Counted from the first letter of the stretch, positions 47,074-58,116 are shown. The stretch is DNA of 64,000 nt from Thermoplasmatota archaeon (GCA_029762535.1 JARVGK010000001.1:98860-162859); one strand, 5' to 3'. Made by a program: numbers and translations. Notes: generated by a model from the letters alone, not told the origin.

Positions 47074-47622
47074 CTAGTTGTTCTGCTCCTCCTCCTCGAT
47101 CCAGGACTTGAGGCGCATGAAGGTGTTCTGGTCGATATCGCCCTTCAGGAACCTCTCGATGATGTCCAGCATGATCTCCTCGATCAACCGCTTGCGGGTT
47201 ATCACCTCTAATCCTATCCCATTCCCGTTCTCGACCTCCCAGATGAATCGCTCTCTCTTCAATTTATGCACGATCCTGTTAAGATCGTTGTGGGTGAGAC
47301 CGAACATGGAAAGGATATCTGAGGGTTTGATGCCAGGATGGTGTCTGATAAGAGTTAGAACTCGCTTGTCTTCCCTGGATAGATCAGTGTTCTGAACGTA
47401 GAGGGTGGGGGATAAAATGGTCGCGAAGTACAGCCTCCTGACCCCTTCCTTCCGGGATCTGATAATTTTCCTTTTTTCAAGGTAGTTGAGATGATATCTC
47501 AGGGTCCCCTCGTTCAAATTCATGGCCCTCATAAGATCGCTGAATGAGAGACCCGGGCGATCCCTGATCCGTTCGATCAATCGATCCCTCGTCAAATGAT
47601 CGGCATCATCTCGCTCTCTCAT
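47074..47622 (-). CDS. Double winged-helix transcriptional regulator (COG3398-like)
   Basis: RPGLSFSDLMRAMNLNEGTLRYHLNYLE; second wHTH HPGIKPSDI. Confidence 0.88.
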   Translation of the reverse strand: MRERDDADHLTRDRLIERIRDRPGLSFSDLMRAMNLNEGTLRYHLNYLEKRKIIRSRKEGVRRLYFATILSPTLYVQNTDLSREDKRVLTLIRHHPGIKPSDILSMFGLTHNDLNRIVHKLKRERFIWEVENGNGIGLEVITRKRLIEEIMLDIIERFLKGDIDQNTFMRLKSWIEEEEQNN

Positions 47623-47646
47623 ATCATACCAACTCCATACCGAAAC

Positions 47647-50274
47647 TCACTCATCATCAAGGATGGCCTTAATTTCCATGTACGAGACCATATCGAGAGA
47701 ATCTTTCCTCCTCTCCAGCATGTTCCTAAGCGTTTTCTTCCTATGACCGACCGATATCCTCTTCGTCGTCAAGGCATCCTCCATATGCCCTTCGATCATC
47801 CTGGCCTCGGAATCCGACAGGACAGGGACGCTTGCCGTTTGTCCAAAACCCATCGTCAGACCTGAAGGAAAGGCCCTGCCTGGAGGATCGAGGGACCCGG
47901 ATGTGATTACCCTAACATCCCCGGGAGGCCCATTAATATTTATCGGAGCATCTTCGAAATGACATTCGTCCGATGAGATATCCGAGCCCCCGTCCCCTTC
48001 GGTCCTTCGTCTCCTGTAGATGAACGTGCCGAGGACTATGGCCACCAGGATGATCGTGGCCAACATTATGAGCATGATCGGTATAAAGCCTGTGTGCGAC
48101 TCCTGATCGCCCTCGACATAGATATGCTGGGACACCTCCTTAGTGAGTCCGAAATGGTCGGTCACCTTAAGCCTTATCTGATATGTCCCCTCGGGCAATA
48201 CCAGTTCGATCGTTTCTCCGGTCCCGACATGCCCCATTCCCTCGATGTACCAATCGAAACTCAGGACATCCCCTCTGGCGAGGTCGGGATCAATGCTGTA
48301 TGCGGAGAGGGTGAAACTCTTCCCGGCCTTCAGGGAGCCATCGGGGAGCTTGATAGATGCCATTGAAGGGGGTTCATTGGTGATTTCGTTCCAGACCACG
48401 GTTCCGTCTCCGGGTTCCTCACCTGGTTCGGTCCCGTTTCCCGGTTCCCCGGGTTCGGTGTCATTTCCGGGTTCCTCACCTGGTTCGGTCCCGTTTCCCG
48501 GTTCCCCGGGTTCGGTGTCATTTCCGGGTTCCTCCGGTTCGGTTCCGTTTCCGGGATCCTCGGGTTCGGTGTCATTCCCCGGTTCTTCCGGTTCCGTCCC
48601 GTTGTCATCCAGAGGGATCACAGTGAGTACGAACGATCTTCGCGTAAGTTCGTCCTCATCGTTCACGCTAACGTTCACGATATACGATCCGACATCATCC
48701 TCGCCAGGTATGCCGGATATCCTGGTCCCGCTTATCGAGAGCCAGGAGGCGTTGGTCCATATTTTCCAGGTAAGTTTGGCCGCTTTTAAAAGGGGGTCAT
48801 ACGCGGCATAGGTGACGTCATAGGTCTCGTTCACCTTGACCGAGGTCACGTCCTTGGTCGTGATCCTCGGAGGTATTGTCGGACCAATGACAGTGATCCC
48901 GAACGGTGTCGTCACCGGTCTTCGATCTGCGATCCCATTGGTAGAGTTGACGATGTAAGGAGTATCCACGATCCCGTCGGAATCGTTGTCCGGTGTCGTA
49001 TGGTCGCTCCAGTAGTTCCCCTTCGAGGACCCGTTCCAGCGGTTCCCCGAGCTTTCGTCCATGCCCTGTGCTACCTGTAAAGGCTGATATGACAGAGCAT
49101 TATCGATGAAATTGTTCATCCGGATGGTGTTCTGAGTTGACGAGAGTTGCCAATGGAGCTTGATCATCGCCCCGTGTCCTCCGTTATCGGTCACGTTGTT
49201 CCAATAGACCTCGTTGTTGTCGTGTTTCCATATGGTGAAACCGTTACCTGCGTTACCGGTGACGGTATTGTTCCGGTAGGTGGAATCCTTACCATTGGCC
49301 TTGATCCCCTCCTTGCCGTTGTCCACGATGATGTTATGATCCACGAGGTTCATTCCCTCGGCCTGGTTGCCACCATCGTAATTGACGATCACTCCGGAAC
49401 CTTCATTTGAACAGATACGGTTCTTCTGTATCTTCCCCTTGTATAACATGTCGGCGTAGATCCCGGTATTCTCGTTGTGATGGACCATGTTGTCCTTGAT
49501 AACGTGCCCCTCTCCGGAAACCGATATGCCTCTCTGGTTGAAGGATATGACGTTCCTCCGGATCGTGGTCCTCTCGCAGCCGTTGTTCATTATCGCAATA
49601 CCATCGTTCGTGTGGTTCGAAACTATGTTATCCGTGATCAGATTGTCAACAGAGTCGTACAATACAAAGATGCCATATTGGGTCGTCACCGTCCCATTGA
49701 CAGGATCGTTCTCTCTGCCATAGGGGTCCGCGGTATTCGCATCGATCATGTTGTTATCCGACCACTGAAGTATGATGTTCGATGCCGCATCAAGGGAATT
49801 ACATTCGTTATCCACGATCATGTTCGCCTTTGAATGGTAGAGATGGATGTCAGACATCAGGTTGTCATTAAACGAATTCCCGCTGATGACGCAATTGATC
49901 ACATTGTTGAGGACTATCCCCTTGCCATAGGAGTTCACTATGTTGATGTTCCCCACACCATTTGCACCATGGACATGGCAATCTCGAACAATGACATGGC
50001 TTGTCGTATTGGATATGGATATTCCGTAACCTTTCACCCCTCCGTCGATGTCCCATCCTTCGATCACGTATGGATCGTCGACAATACCTGACCCTCCGAT
50101 CACACCGTTAGCAGAGGTGAATCCAGAGTTCCCCTCTATCATGATCGGGGAATGCATGTTCAACGACCTTGTCGCTTTCTCTTCATTTTCCGGCACCCCT
50201 CCGGCCGAGGACATTCCGAACGATAGCGATGCGATCAGTATCCAAGCGAGGGCCCATATTGCATATCTTTTCAT
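47647..50274 (-). CDS. Surface protein: NosD/CASH right-handed beta-helix, Ig and PKD-like domains, Pro/Glu linker, TM
   Basis: HSPIMIEGN..F...NGV..GSG...DPYVIEGW, parallel beta-helix repeats, GNYWSD, D.DGIVDTPY. Confidence 0.88.
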   Translation of the reverse strand: MKRYAIWALAWILIASLSFGMSSAGGVPENEEKATRSLNMHSPIMIEGNSGFTSANGVIGGSGIVDDPYVIEGWDIDGGVKGYGISISNTTSHVIVRDCHVHGANGVGNINIVNSYGKGIVLNNVINCVISGNSFNDNLMSDIHLYHSKANMIVDNECNSLDAASNIILQWSDNNMIDANTADPYGRENDPVNGTVTTQYGIFVLYDSVDNLITDNIVSNHTNDGIAIMNNGCERTTIRRNVISFNQRGISVSGEGHVIKDNMVHHNENTGIYADMLYKGKIQKNRICSNEGSGVIVNYDGGNQAEGMNLVDHNIIVDNGKEGIKANGKDSTYRNNTVTGNAGNGFTIWKHDNNEVYWNNVTDNGGHGAMIKLHWQLSSTQNTIRMNNFIDNALSYQPLQVAQGMDESSGNRWNGSSKGNYWSDHTTPDNDSDGIVDTPYIVNSTNGIADRRPVTTPFGITVIGPTIPPRITTKDVTSVKVNETYDVTYAAYDPLLKAAKLTWKIWTNASWLSISGTRISGIPGEDDVGSYIVNVSVNDEDELTRRSFVLTVIPLDDNGTEPEEPGNDTEPEDPGNGTEPEEPGNDTEPGEPGNGTEPGEEPGNDTEPGEPGNGTEPGEEPGDGTVVWNEITNEPPSMASIKLPDGSLKAGKSFTLSAYSIDPDLARGDVLSFDWYIEGMGHVGTGETIELVLPEGTYQIRLKVTDHFGLTKEVSQHIYVEGDQESHTGFIPIMLIMLATIILVAIVLGTFIYRRRRTEGDGGSDISSDECHFEDAPININGPPGDVRVITSGSLDPPGRAFPSGLTMGFGQTASVPVLSDSEARMIEGHMEDALTTKRISVGHRKKTLRNMLERRKDSLDMVSYMEIKAILDDE
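48409..48603 (-). repeat. Coding tandem repeat (EPGN(G/D)T) with an exact 57-bp duplication at 48409-48534
   Basis: Direct inspection; seven N-x-T sequons. Confidence 0.9.
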
Positions 50275-50572
50275 GTCTTCACCTCAGGATTTTTTTTTAA
50301 AGAGGGAAGGTCGGGGGTAGATAAGGGGGTTCTGTAGGTTCGAACGATAAACCTGGACAAGTGGTACTATTTGAAATCTCTGTTTATATCCTCCTGAATT
50401 ATCCGAAGGGATCGAAATAGACCCGCTTCTTGCGAGGTCATGCAAATTTTTATAAACCCCTCTTCAAAATTATAATTTAACGTGATAGGATTATATTCTA
50501 ATAATGGTTTTACGAACATCAGCGAGGGATCATAAAGGCGGTAACGCTAGGACCAAGCTAAGGGATGATAAT

Positions 50573-51004
50573 ATGGACATATACGAGATCTTCAATAATG
50601 CCAGGGAGAATCTCAAGGTCCGCATAGGACCGACCGAGAGAGAGATCAAGGATGGGGAATACTTCAACCTCGTGGTTGAGATCTCCAATCCCCCGAGGCC
50701 CATATTCTCTTTTCTGAAGGAGCCTTCCTACGCTTACGAGGACATAGTCCTCAAGGTATGCGAAACGCCTTACACGAAGCCCGCTGACCCGGCTTTTATT
50801 GAAGGTTACCACATAGAAAGGTCCCTAGATCCGAGCGATAAGATGACCGTCAACGTACCCCTAAAGGCCAAGACGGACCTGCACTCCGGATCGAGGCCAG
50901 ATGACATATCCATGGTCGAGGTCGAAGCGCAGTTGAAGACCGGTGACCTCTTCAGGTTCGAGAAGTCTCTCGACAGAGGGCAGTTCCGTCATCCGATCCC
51001 TTGA
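50573..51004 (+). CDS. Hypothetical protein (single beta-sandwich-like domain)
   Basis: ORF track; start at MDIYEIF preferred. Confidence 0.65.
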   Translation: MDIYEIFNNARENLKVRIGPTEREIKDGEYFNLVVEISNPPRPIFSFLKEPSYAYEDIVLKVCETPYTKPADPAFIEGYHIERSLDPSDKMTVNVPLKAKTDLHSGSRPDDISMVEVEAQLKTGDLFRFEKSLDRGQFRHPIP

Positions 51005-51020
51005 GGACATGGTCCACTCT

Positions 51021-51770
51021 CTATCCCTGATCGCATTCCATGACGAACACGGTCCTATCCTTTCTCACCCCTCTCAGGTGGTGCGTTGGGTCAACGAGAA
51101 CGTGTCCGATGTCGATATCATCCTTCTCGAAGACCTCCTGAGAGTATGTTATCCTCATGGAGGAGATCCCCTCCGGAGCGGTGCCGATCCTCGAGAGGGC
51201 ATCGATCCCCCATCGGATGTATTCGGTGTTGTTCACATGTCCGTTCATGTCTATGGACCCCCTCCCCACGGAGATGGCGTGGATCCCCTCGTATCCGGGG
51301 GCCTCCTTCAACCTCATCAGCTTCCCGAATATCCTCTTCCCGGAATCCGGGATCGCGACCTTGAGATCCTTGAGGAGGACGGGCATCTTCCTCTTCACGT
51401 CCAGAACGATCCAGTCGGAGGACGCCTTGAACAGCTCCCGTCCGTCCTCGTCCCTGCCAGAGAACTCCCTGAAGGCGATCATCCCGTCATGGCCGCTGGG
51501 CCATGTAAAGAGCGTGATCTCCTTCTCCCACAGTGGGAGGACGTCTATATGGATCCTGAAATTGAGGAGGGCCCACATGGTCCCGTTCCTCCTCATCCAA
51601 TCCATCCCCACCCCCAGTACCTCGGCGTGTTTCGCGGCGGCCTCCTGTATCTGCTGCATCAGAGAATGTGGCTTCATATATCCGCCGGGACCGCATTCAT
51701 AGGTCCTCGGTGTGAAATGGATCTCGTAGGGGAACGTGTCTATCACCTTGTCATACGGCTGAAAACGCAT
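51021..51770 (-). CDS. Acyl-ACP thioesterase (FatA-like double hotdog fold)
   Basis: QEAAAKHAEVLG, W-LL, IDMNGHVNNTEY, Y-QE. Confidence 0.92.
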   Translation of the reverse strand: MRFQPYDKVIDTFPYEIHFTPRTYECGPGGYMKPHSLMQQIQEAAAKHAEVLGVGMDWMRRNGTMWALLNFRIHIDVLPLWEKEITLFTWPSGHDGMIAFREFSGRDEDGRELFKASSDWIVLDVKRKMPVLLKDLKVAIPDSGKRIFGKLMRLKEAPGYEGIHAISVGRGSIDMNGHVNNTEYIRWGIDALSRIGTAPEGISSMRITYSQEVFEKDDIDIGHVLVDPTHHLRGVRKDRTVFVMECDQG

Positions 51771-51917
51771 CAGCGCTTATTTGTTTCGGCGATCCAGTCC
51801 TGCATCGAAGCGCCCCTGCACCCCTAACGCAAGTATTATCCTTTTTCATCACTGCCATGAAAAGCTTATTCTATCAATTAGGCCTTGCAGTGGTATTCCA
51901 ACGTTCAGGTGAAAATC

Positions 51918-52190
51918 ATGCAGCAGAGGGTAGCCACCGGAGAGAGAAGAGCAAGCAGACCAACCGGAGGGGCCCACGCCCCGGCCGCGCCAAGGAAGCG
52001 AGTTTCAACGGCGGCCAGGATATTCTACCTGATGAGATGGACCTATCACTTCATAACCCCCCTGGGCATGATAGGGATCGTCTGGGGCATCCTGGAGGCC
52101 GCCAACGGCGACCCCACGAGGGCAGGGCTGATCATCGGCGGATCGGCCGCGTTCACCTATCTCGCGAACTATTTCAACAAGGCCCGATAG
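51918..52190 (+). CDS. Small two-TM membrane protein
   Basis: SD AGGTGA then ATG 51918; two hydrophobic helices. Confidence 0.65.
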   Translation: MQQRVATGERRASRPTGGAHAPAAPRKRVSTAARIFYLMRWTYHFITPLGMIGIVWGILEAANGDPTRAGLIIGGSAAFTYLANYFNKAR

Positions 52191-52200
52191 GTGCAGGTGG

Positions 52201-52953
52201 ATGGCCAGGGACCTGTGTGTTGATGCAGTGGTCTTCGATCTGGGCAATACCCTGCTCCCGTTCGGCACCGCGGAGCATGATGAGTTCATCGAGCGCTGGT
52301 ACTCCTTGAGCGGGTCCACAACGCGAGGAATATCCTTCGACCTGTTCCTTGAAGCATATCAGGAGATGGTCGATGAGGAATGGGAAAGAAGACGCACCTC
52401 CTCCTGGGAGAGCGATCCCCTCTGGAGATCGAAGGAACTGTTATCCTCACTTCAGAAGTCCGACAGCGACACCGAGGGCATGCTCCCCGCAATTGTCACT
52501 TCCCATACCGATGCCTTCTCGGAATGCCTGAGGTTCCCCGCTCCCTCGCTCGAGGCGATGGAAGACCTTCTGACCATGCGCGGTCCGTCCGGCAGGAAGG
52601 TGAGGCTGGCCCTCGTCTCCAATGCCATGGACGGGGCAGCCATAAGGAGGTCCCTGAAGCGTTCGGGAGCGGACCTGATGCTCGATCCCATCGTGATATC
52701 CCAGGAGGTGGGCGTGACCAAGCCGCACGAGGTAATATTCAAAATTGCGACCGACGCCTTGGGGATCGACCCGCGCTCCTGCGCCTATGTGGGGGATCGA
52801 TTCGAGATCGATATCATAGGAGCGGGCAGGGCGGGAATGGTCCCGGTCTACACAAGGCAGTATGAGACCCCCGGGGAGCCTCTGAAGGGGGTCGAGGTCC
52901 AGGCCCCTACCATAAGGAGCCTGGACGAACTGCCTATTGTTCTGGGCGGATGA
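52201..52953 (+). CDS. HAD-superfamily hydrolase
   Basis: FDLGNTL, VSN, KPH..IF, VGDRFEIDIIGA. Confidence 0.93.
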   Translation: MARDLCVDAVVFDLGNTLLPFGTAEHDEFIERWYSLSGSTTRGISFDLFLEAYQEMVDEEWERRRTSSWESDPLWRSKELLSSLQKSDSDTEGMLPAIVTSHTDAFSECLRFPAPSLEAMEDLLTMRGPSGRKVRLALVSNAMDGAAIRRSLKRSGADLMLDPIVISQEVGVTKPHEVIFKIATDALGIDPRSCAYVGDRFEIDIIGAGRAGMVPVYTRQYETPGEPLKGVEVQAPTIRSLDELPIVLGG

Positions 52954-52957
52954 TACC

Positions 52958-54415
52958 ATGGGAGCATTCGTTCACCTGATAATATCGTTCCTCGTCGAGG
53001 AGTTGAGGCTCAGGAGCAGCTTCTCTCCGGCCTTCTCATTAGTCCTGTTCCCCCAGTTGATATTGATGGGCTCTCTTGCGGGATACCTGTTCCACCCCTA
53101 TCTGATCGGAGAGTTCTCTGCCAGCGACATCCATTTCTCGGTCTGCGCCGGGCTTTTCATCTTCGGCACCACCATGGGGTCAATGGCCTTTCTGGGACGG
53201 GAGTTCATCGAGAGGTCCATCGGTCCGGTGACCATGCTCGCGGCATCGGTGAATTACCAGCCGGTCTCGGACAGGCGGATGTTCACAGCATATTACCTCC
53301 ATGATGCCTTGTTCTTCCTCATATTGGTCCTGATACCGATCGGGGCTGGCGTGGCCTTAGGCACGATCGTTCACGCGATGCCGCTGCATCGTTTGCTCCT
53401 GATCATAGCCGCCTACTGGTCGTGTTTCTATCTGGGTCTGTCCCTGAGCATGTCATTGTCCGCCTGCCTGACCAACGGGAGAAAGGCATATCTCTTACTC
53501 ATTTTGCTTCTGCCCCTTCCCCTGATCGCTTTGATGGCCGCCACAGGCGATCCGAGGGCTTTCGCGGCATCGTACCTCGCCCTATCAGGCGGGGATCCCA
53601 TCTGGCTTGCCATGACCGTCGTTCTCATACTTTTCTACAGCTTCAAGGGAGCGCTGTTGTTCGACGGATCCTCATACAGCTCGGGAAGGGAGGGCCCCTG
53701 GTCCTATTCCAAAGCACTTGCGCTTTCAGCCAGGTTCGGTTCCCGGAACCCCCCCTTAATGGCAAGGGAGATGCTCAACCTCATAAGGGGAAGGGCCTAT
53801 CTAGCGATGGCCTTCTCCCTTCTGGTGCCCGTGATCGTGATGATCGCACTCGTAGGGATACTCCAGAGGGTGAACGGCGTGGAGATGGGCTTGAACTCCG
53901 TTTTCATTTCGGTAACCGTCTCCATATTCACCATCTCGGTATACACCAACCTCGTCAACACCGACGATCCGGATTTCGACCAGACGATCCCGGCGGACGC
54001 ACCGGGGATCATCAAGGAAAAACTGAGGCTGCATCTGTTCATAGCCATACCCCTCTCCATAGCCATCGTTGCGCTTTTAGCACTCTTGACCGACGACATC
54101 GCGGGTCTGTTGATAGCCCTGCCGGTATGCATTTCGACGGTCATATACATGGGATGCGTCACAGCTTACCTTACAGGGATCTGGACCAACTCGCTTCTGT
54201 TCAACAGCGCTGTTTTCATCCAGTACATATTCTTCACCATACTGCCGATCGTGTGTGCCGGATCGCTCGCATATCTGATGGGGATCGATCCGTGGCTTGC
54301 CGGGGCGGGCTCTTTTCTGTATGTGGCGCTGACGCTTTCGGCTTCGAAAATATTGGGTTCCGGTATAGAGCGGAAGTGGAGGGACCAGGTCCTCAAGAGC
54401 GGAGGTCTGGGCTAG
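52958..54415 (+). CDS. Multi-pass membrane protein, ABC-2-type permease-like (two 6-TM halves)
   Basis: About 12 TM helices; internal AREMLNLIR and P...IIKEK motifs. Confidence 0.7.
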   Translation: MGAFVHLIISFLVEELRLRSSFSPAFSLVLFPQLILMGSLAGYLFHPYLIGEFSASDIHFSVCAGLFIFGTTMGSMAFLGREFIERSIGPVTMLAASVNYQPVSDRRMFTAYYLHDALFFLILVLIPIGAGVALGTIVHAMPLHRLLLIIAAYWSCFYLGLSLSMSLSACLTNGRKAYLLLILLLPLPLIALMAATGDPRAFAASYLALSGGDPIWLAMTVVLILFYSFKGALLFDGSSYSSGREGPWSYSKALALSARFGSRNPPLMAREMLNLIRGRAYLAMAFSLLVPVIVMIALVGILQRVNGVEMGLNSVFISVTVSIFTISVYTNLVNTDDPDFDQTIPADAPGIIKEKLRLHLFIAIPLSIAIVALLALLTDDIAGLLIALPVCISTVIYMGCVTAYLTGIWTNSLLFNSAVFIQYIFFTILPIVCAGSLAYLMGIDPWLAGAGSFLYVALTLSASKILGSGIERKWRDQVLKSGGLG

Positions 54416-54576
54416 TGCGTCTTCGCCCATCTGTAATGTCTGATGGTGGCGCTATCTCCGAACCCGCATGAGGCGCACACGCTCTTCCTGATGTGATATG
54501 AGTGCTTTCCGCATCTCCTGCACCTGATATGGGTCTTCTTCTGCTTCAATCCCATCGACGGTGTTCCCTTCGTCAT
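54412..54576 (-). CDS. rpl37e: 50S ribosomal protein L37e
   Basis: Manual translation [40 protein letters not shown]...; missing from the ORF track (54 aa); conserved synteny with Lsm. Confidence 0.97.
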   Translation of the reverse strand: MTKGTPSMGLKQKKTHIRCRRCGKHSYHIRKSVCASCGFGDSATIRHYRWAKTH

Positions 54577-54587
54577 TGTCCACCCTC

Positions 54588-54806
54588 CTAAGGCGAGATG
54601 TATATCACGCTGTCCCCTCGCAGTACGGCAAGGGGAAGGTCCCTGACCGGTTCGCCGTTGAGCATCTCCTGGGCATCCTTCAGGACAAGGTTCATGTGTA
54701 TGTCATATCCGTCCAGGGTGCCCCTGAACTCCCTCTTGCCCTTGAGCTCGACGATCACCCTGTTGTTGAGTGCGTTATTGAGAGCGTTCAGAGGTTTGAT
54801 GCTCAT
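54588..54806 (-). CDS. Sm-like archaeal protein (SmAP1/Lsm)
   Basis: KPL..L..ALN..V.V.LK..REFRG.L.GYD.HMNLVL...[10 protein letters not shown]. Confidence 0.97.
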   Translation of the reverse strand: MSIKPLNALNNALNNRVIVELKGKREFRGTLDGYDIHMNLVLKDAQEMLNGEPVRDLPLAVLRGDSVIYISP

Positions 54807-54861
54807 AGGTTATACCGGCTCGACCTTACATAACGGTTTGTTATTTAAGAATTGCCACGCT

Positions 54862-57800
54862 TCAGTCCTTGTAGAACTCACCGATAACGTCGTCGATGTC
54901 CCCTTCGAGGTCCTCTATTGGAATGATCTCGTCCTCCTCGACGGGGACGATCTCCTCCTCCAGATCGCTCGGGGGCATCGGTATGCCCTCCTTTCTGCCC
55001 TCCTCGAAATCCTGGACAGATAACTCGGGCGCGTCCATGGATGAGCCGGTGCCGACGTTCGTGAGGTAGTCCGATTGTCTTTTCTCCTGGACCCTTATGA
55101 AGACCCCGTAGCCGATCAGAAGTGAGATGACCAGAACCGATAGGGCCACGATGATATTGATGGGCAATATCGCCCGATCCGTCTTCTCGACGTTCACGGT
55201 CATGGTCCTCGTGGTCGAGGCTCCTTCGATGTCGGAGATGGTGACGGTGAGCTCGTAGCTCCCCCTTTTCGCTTCGGGTGGCGCTCTTATCTCGAGGGCG
55301 GTGGAGTTCGTGCGTACGGTCTGGTATTCCCAATCGGCTGTTATGTTCAGCTCCGGGTCCTTGCTGTCGTCCTCCACCTGCAGGGGCAGGAGGAAGGACC
55401 TTCCGGCCCTGATCGTTATGGATCCCGGAAGCTGGAATCGGGGAGGATCGTTGGTATCCTCTACGATGATTGGTATCTGAAGGTTCGTGGAGAGACCGCT
55501 CTCATCGGTGGCGACGAGGGTGATGAACCGGCTTCCGACGAGATCCTCCCCGGGATTGAAGGAAATGTTGAAGTTGCCCTCATCATCCAATTTAGTTATG
55601 TTGATCCAGTCCTGGGGGCTTTCCAGCCGGACAGCGTCATCGTCCGGGTCCACGACCTGGACGTGGAAGAAGGCGGGCTCATCCTCCCGGGCCTCGATCC
55701 GCTGAGGGTAACTCATGAACAACGGCTTGTCCGGGACGGGTCTGACGGAGATGTTCAGGGTCAAACGATCCTCCGAGAGACCGTCGGTGGCTAGGATCTC
55801 CACCGACCCCTTACCGAACCAGTTGGGATCCGGGGACATGTCCAGGACCGGGTTGCCGTTCTGATCCTCGGCGAATTCAGGCGTTATCCTTCCAACGATA
55901 TCTCCTATGCTGAGCATGCTGATATCTATCCTGCCGTCCGGATCGTCGATATAGAACCATAATGGGAATGGGCCAGCATCCTCGGAGAGTGAACTGTCCT
56001 CGTTCCATTCGATCAGCGAGGGTATGTCTCCCTTGAGGAATCGTATGGGGGTGTTCGAGATGAAGGAGGCGCTCACCGCATTGTCATCGGGGTCGGATTC
56101 AACGGGGTTGAAGAGGAAGATAAGCTCCGCGGTGAAGGTGTTCCTTCCCGGATATGCATCGAACTCTTGGCTGAATTCCATGGTCTCCCCCGGGGACAGT
56201 CTGGAGATGTCCCATATGTTCGTGTTCTTCCTCGATGAGCCGTCCTCGAGGGTCATCCTCAGTATGAAGTTCTCAACGTCCATGGACCCGTCGTTGTAGA
56301 TCGTTACCGTGAAGGTCGTCTCATCCCCCGCATTGGGTATTTCAGGGTCGATCACAGGCTTCATGACCCCTACGTTGATCAGGGAAACCACCTCGATGTA
56401 CACCGTGCCAGGCCTGTACCTGTCATGCGTCACGGTCAGGGTGAAATCGCTAAGGTCCTTTTTCGGTATGACGAGTACGGCCTTTCCGTTACGGTCAGTC
56501 CGGCCGAACGTCTTATTCGATGCGTCGTCACTGTAGGACAGATGGACGCCTGCCCCCTCAATCGGTTGACCGGTCAAGGGGTCCTTGACGAATACGGTCG
56601 CGGTCTCGTTTGTGACTATGTGCGGATCGGATGCGGCGATCTCCATGCTGCGGGGTTCTTCAAGCCAGATAGGCCCCTCCGGATCGCCTAGAAGGTTGTA
56701 TGCCAGGCTCTCTATTCTGAATATTCTGAACCATTCGGGGGTGAACGGCTGCATCTCGTTCCAGATATGGACCTCATAGTTCCATTTCTGCAGATACAGG
56801 GCCTCGCCCGGGCGGGGCGTTTGGTGATATAGCAGACGGAAGTACTCCTCCGCCAACCACCAGTTGCCGTAGGACCCGCTCAGATTATCTCTCGGCCGCG
56901 TCTCACCCCTGTAGGTCTCGGTCGTGGCCCCAATGATGCCTATCGCGCCCCCGTTCCTGTTCAGCATGATACGCTCCATGTTCGTATCATCCTCCTCCGT
57001 GAAGTCCAGGGAGTCGCAGTTGGAGATGTAGAGCAGGGGGTTCCTATGGCCGTTGTCGATATACTGCGCGTCATTGTAGTTGAAGTGAACCTCGTAATCG
57101 GCGAAGTAATGAAGGTTGCCCCCGCCCTCTCCTTTGTAATTCGTGCAGTTGCCGTTCTCGTCCCCGTGGCAGGCTATCATCGCGGTCGAGAACCCCATCT
57201 CGTAGTGGTCCAGGAAGGAGGACCTGTTGAGGGTGTCGAAGAGCCTGTTGTAGCCGCCGCCCCTGTCCTGCGGATAGTCCAGAAGTGAGAATGCCGCAAC
57301 GTTCTCTGGAAGGACCTTTGTGATGTTCTTTACGAGCTTGAAGGCGTTGTCCTTGTAGTCGTTGTAACCCTCGTCCACGGGTGTGTACGGATCGTCCGGC
57401 TCGTTCGGACGGTCCATGAGGGACCCGGACAATAGCATGGAACTCGCCCAGGGGCCTTCTGGAGGATCGGTCTCGTACCTCAGCTGCCTCTCGACCATGA
57501 TCGAGAGCTCCTCCGCGTCGGAGGCCGGGAACCTGCCCACGTAGACCTCGGCATCCAGGTCCTGCTCCTCAACGCCTCCGTAGAGCCTGTTCTCCCCGAA
57601 CACGCCGTTCCCGTTCTGGTCCCAATCGCCGTCGAGTCCGGCGTAGTAGAAGTCCGTGGCGACGTAGTTATTTGGGTCGTCGGAGCCGAACTCAGCGCTG
57701 TGGTTCACGAACACCAGCCTCGCCGGTATGAACTCGGAGTCCCCGGCCAGAAGGACCCATCTGATACCGGCGTATCTCCCTCCGTCCTTTGAGGCGTTGT

Positions 57801-58116
57801 ATGCCCAGACGATGAAGTTCCTGATGGTCTCGGCCCTGTCCCTGCCCTTGAAAGAGGTAATGTTGAGTATCCCATCCACCCCATCGAGAGGATGGAAGGC
57901 GCATCGGAGGCCCCTGACGGCCTTCCATTCCAGCAGTGGCTCGAGCACAGGCCCGAAATCCTGAGGCCCGATGGCAAGGTAATCGATCCCGGCCAGGTCC
58001 ATGGGGTCGTATTCCCCTCTGGCGGGGTGCTCGATCCCCTCGGGCGCGGGGTAGGGGAAGAACAGCATGGCTGCGAATACACCTACCATTATGCAGAGAG
58101 GTCGCCGTCCTATCAT
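54862..58116 (-). CDS. Gingipain-family (C25) cysteine peptidase with CARDB/cadherin-like Ig repeats and TM anchor
   Basis: VLLAGD...IP, TDFYYA.LDG.WD, VYVGRFP, CHG (His), SNC (Cys), YNLLGDP. Confidence 0.92.
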   Translation of the reverse strand: MIGRRPLCIMVGVFAAMLFFPYPAPEGIEHPARGEYDPMDLAGIDYLAIGPQDFGPVLEPLLEWKAVRGLRCAFHPLDGVDGILNITSFKGRDRAETIRNFIVWAYNASKDGGRYAGIRWVLLAGDSEFIPARLVFVNHSAEFGSDDPNNYVATDFYYAGLDGDWDQNGNGVFGENRLYGGVEEQDLDAEVYVGRFPASDAEELSIMVERQLRYETDPPEGPWASSMLLSGSLMDRPNEPDDPYTPVDEGYNDYKDNAFKLVKNITKVLPENVAAFSLLDYPQDRGGGYNRLFDTLNRSSFLDHYEMGFSTAMIACHGDENGNCTNYKGEGGGNLHYFADYEVHFNYNDAQYIDNGHRNPLLYISNCDSLDFTEEDDTNMERIMLNRNGGAIGIIGATTETYRGETRPRDNLSGSYGNWWLAEEYFRLLYHQTPRPGEALYLQKWNYEVHIWNEMQPFTPEWFRIFRIESLAYNLLGDPEGPIWLEEPRSMEIAASDPHIVTNETATVFVKDPLTGQPIEGAGVHLSYSDDASNKTFGRTDRNGKAVLVIPKKDLSDFTLTVTHDRYRPGTVYIEVVSLINVGVMKPVIDPEIPNAGDETTFTVTIYNDGSMDVENFILRMTLEDGSSRKNTNIWDISRLSPGETMEFSQEFDAYPGRNTFTAELIFLFNPVESDPDDNAVSASFISNTPIRFLKGDIPSLIEWNEDSSLSEDAGPFPLWFYIDDPDGRIDISMLSIGDIVGRITPEFAEDQNGNPVLDMSPDPNWFGKGSVEILATDGLSEDRLTLNISVRPVPDKPLFMSYPQRIEAREDEPAFFHVQVVDPDDDAVRLESPQDWINITKLDDEGNFNISFNPGEDLVGSRFITLVATDESGLSTNLQIPIIVEDTNDPPRFQLPGSITIRAGRSFLLPLQVEDDSKDPELNITADWEYQTVRTNSTALEIRAPPEAKRGSYELTVTISDIEGASTTRTMTVNVEKTDRAILPINIIVALSVLVISLLIGYGVFIRVQEKRQSDYLTNVGTGSSMDAPELSVQDFEEGRKEGIPMPPSDLEEEIVPVEEDEIIPIEDLEGDIDDVIGEFYKD

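Noticed and set aside
46954-51900. Genomic island integrated at tRNA-Ala
   Set aside because: No direct repeat of the tRNA 3' end and no integrase were found.
54825-54849. dif-like site CTTACATAAC-GGTTT-GTTATTTAAG
   Set aside because: The spacer between TAA and TTAT is 7 bp rather than 6, and the site coincides with the Lsm promoter; at most it is an operator.
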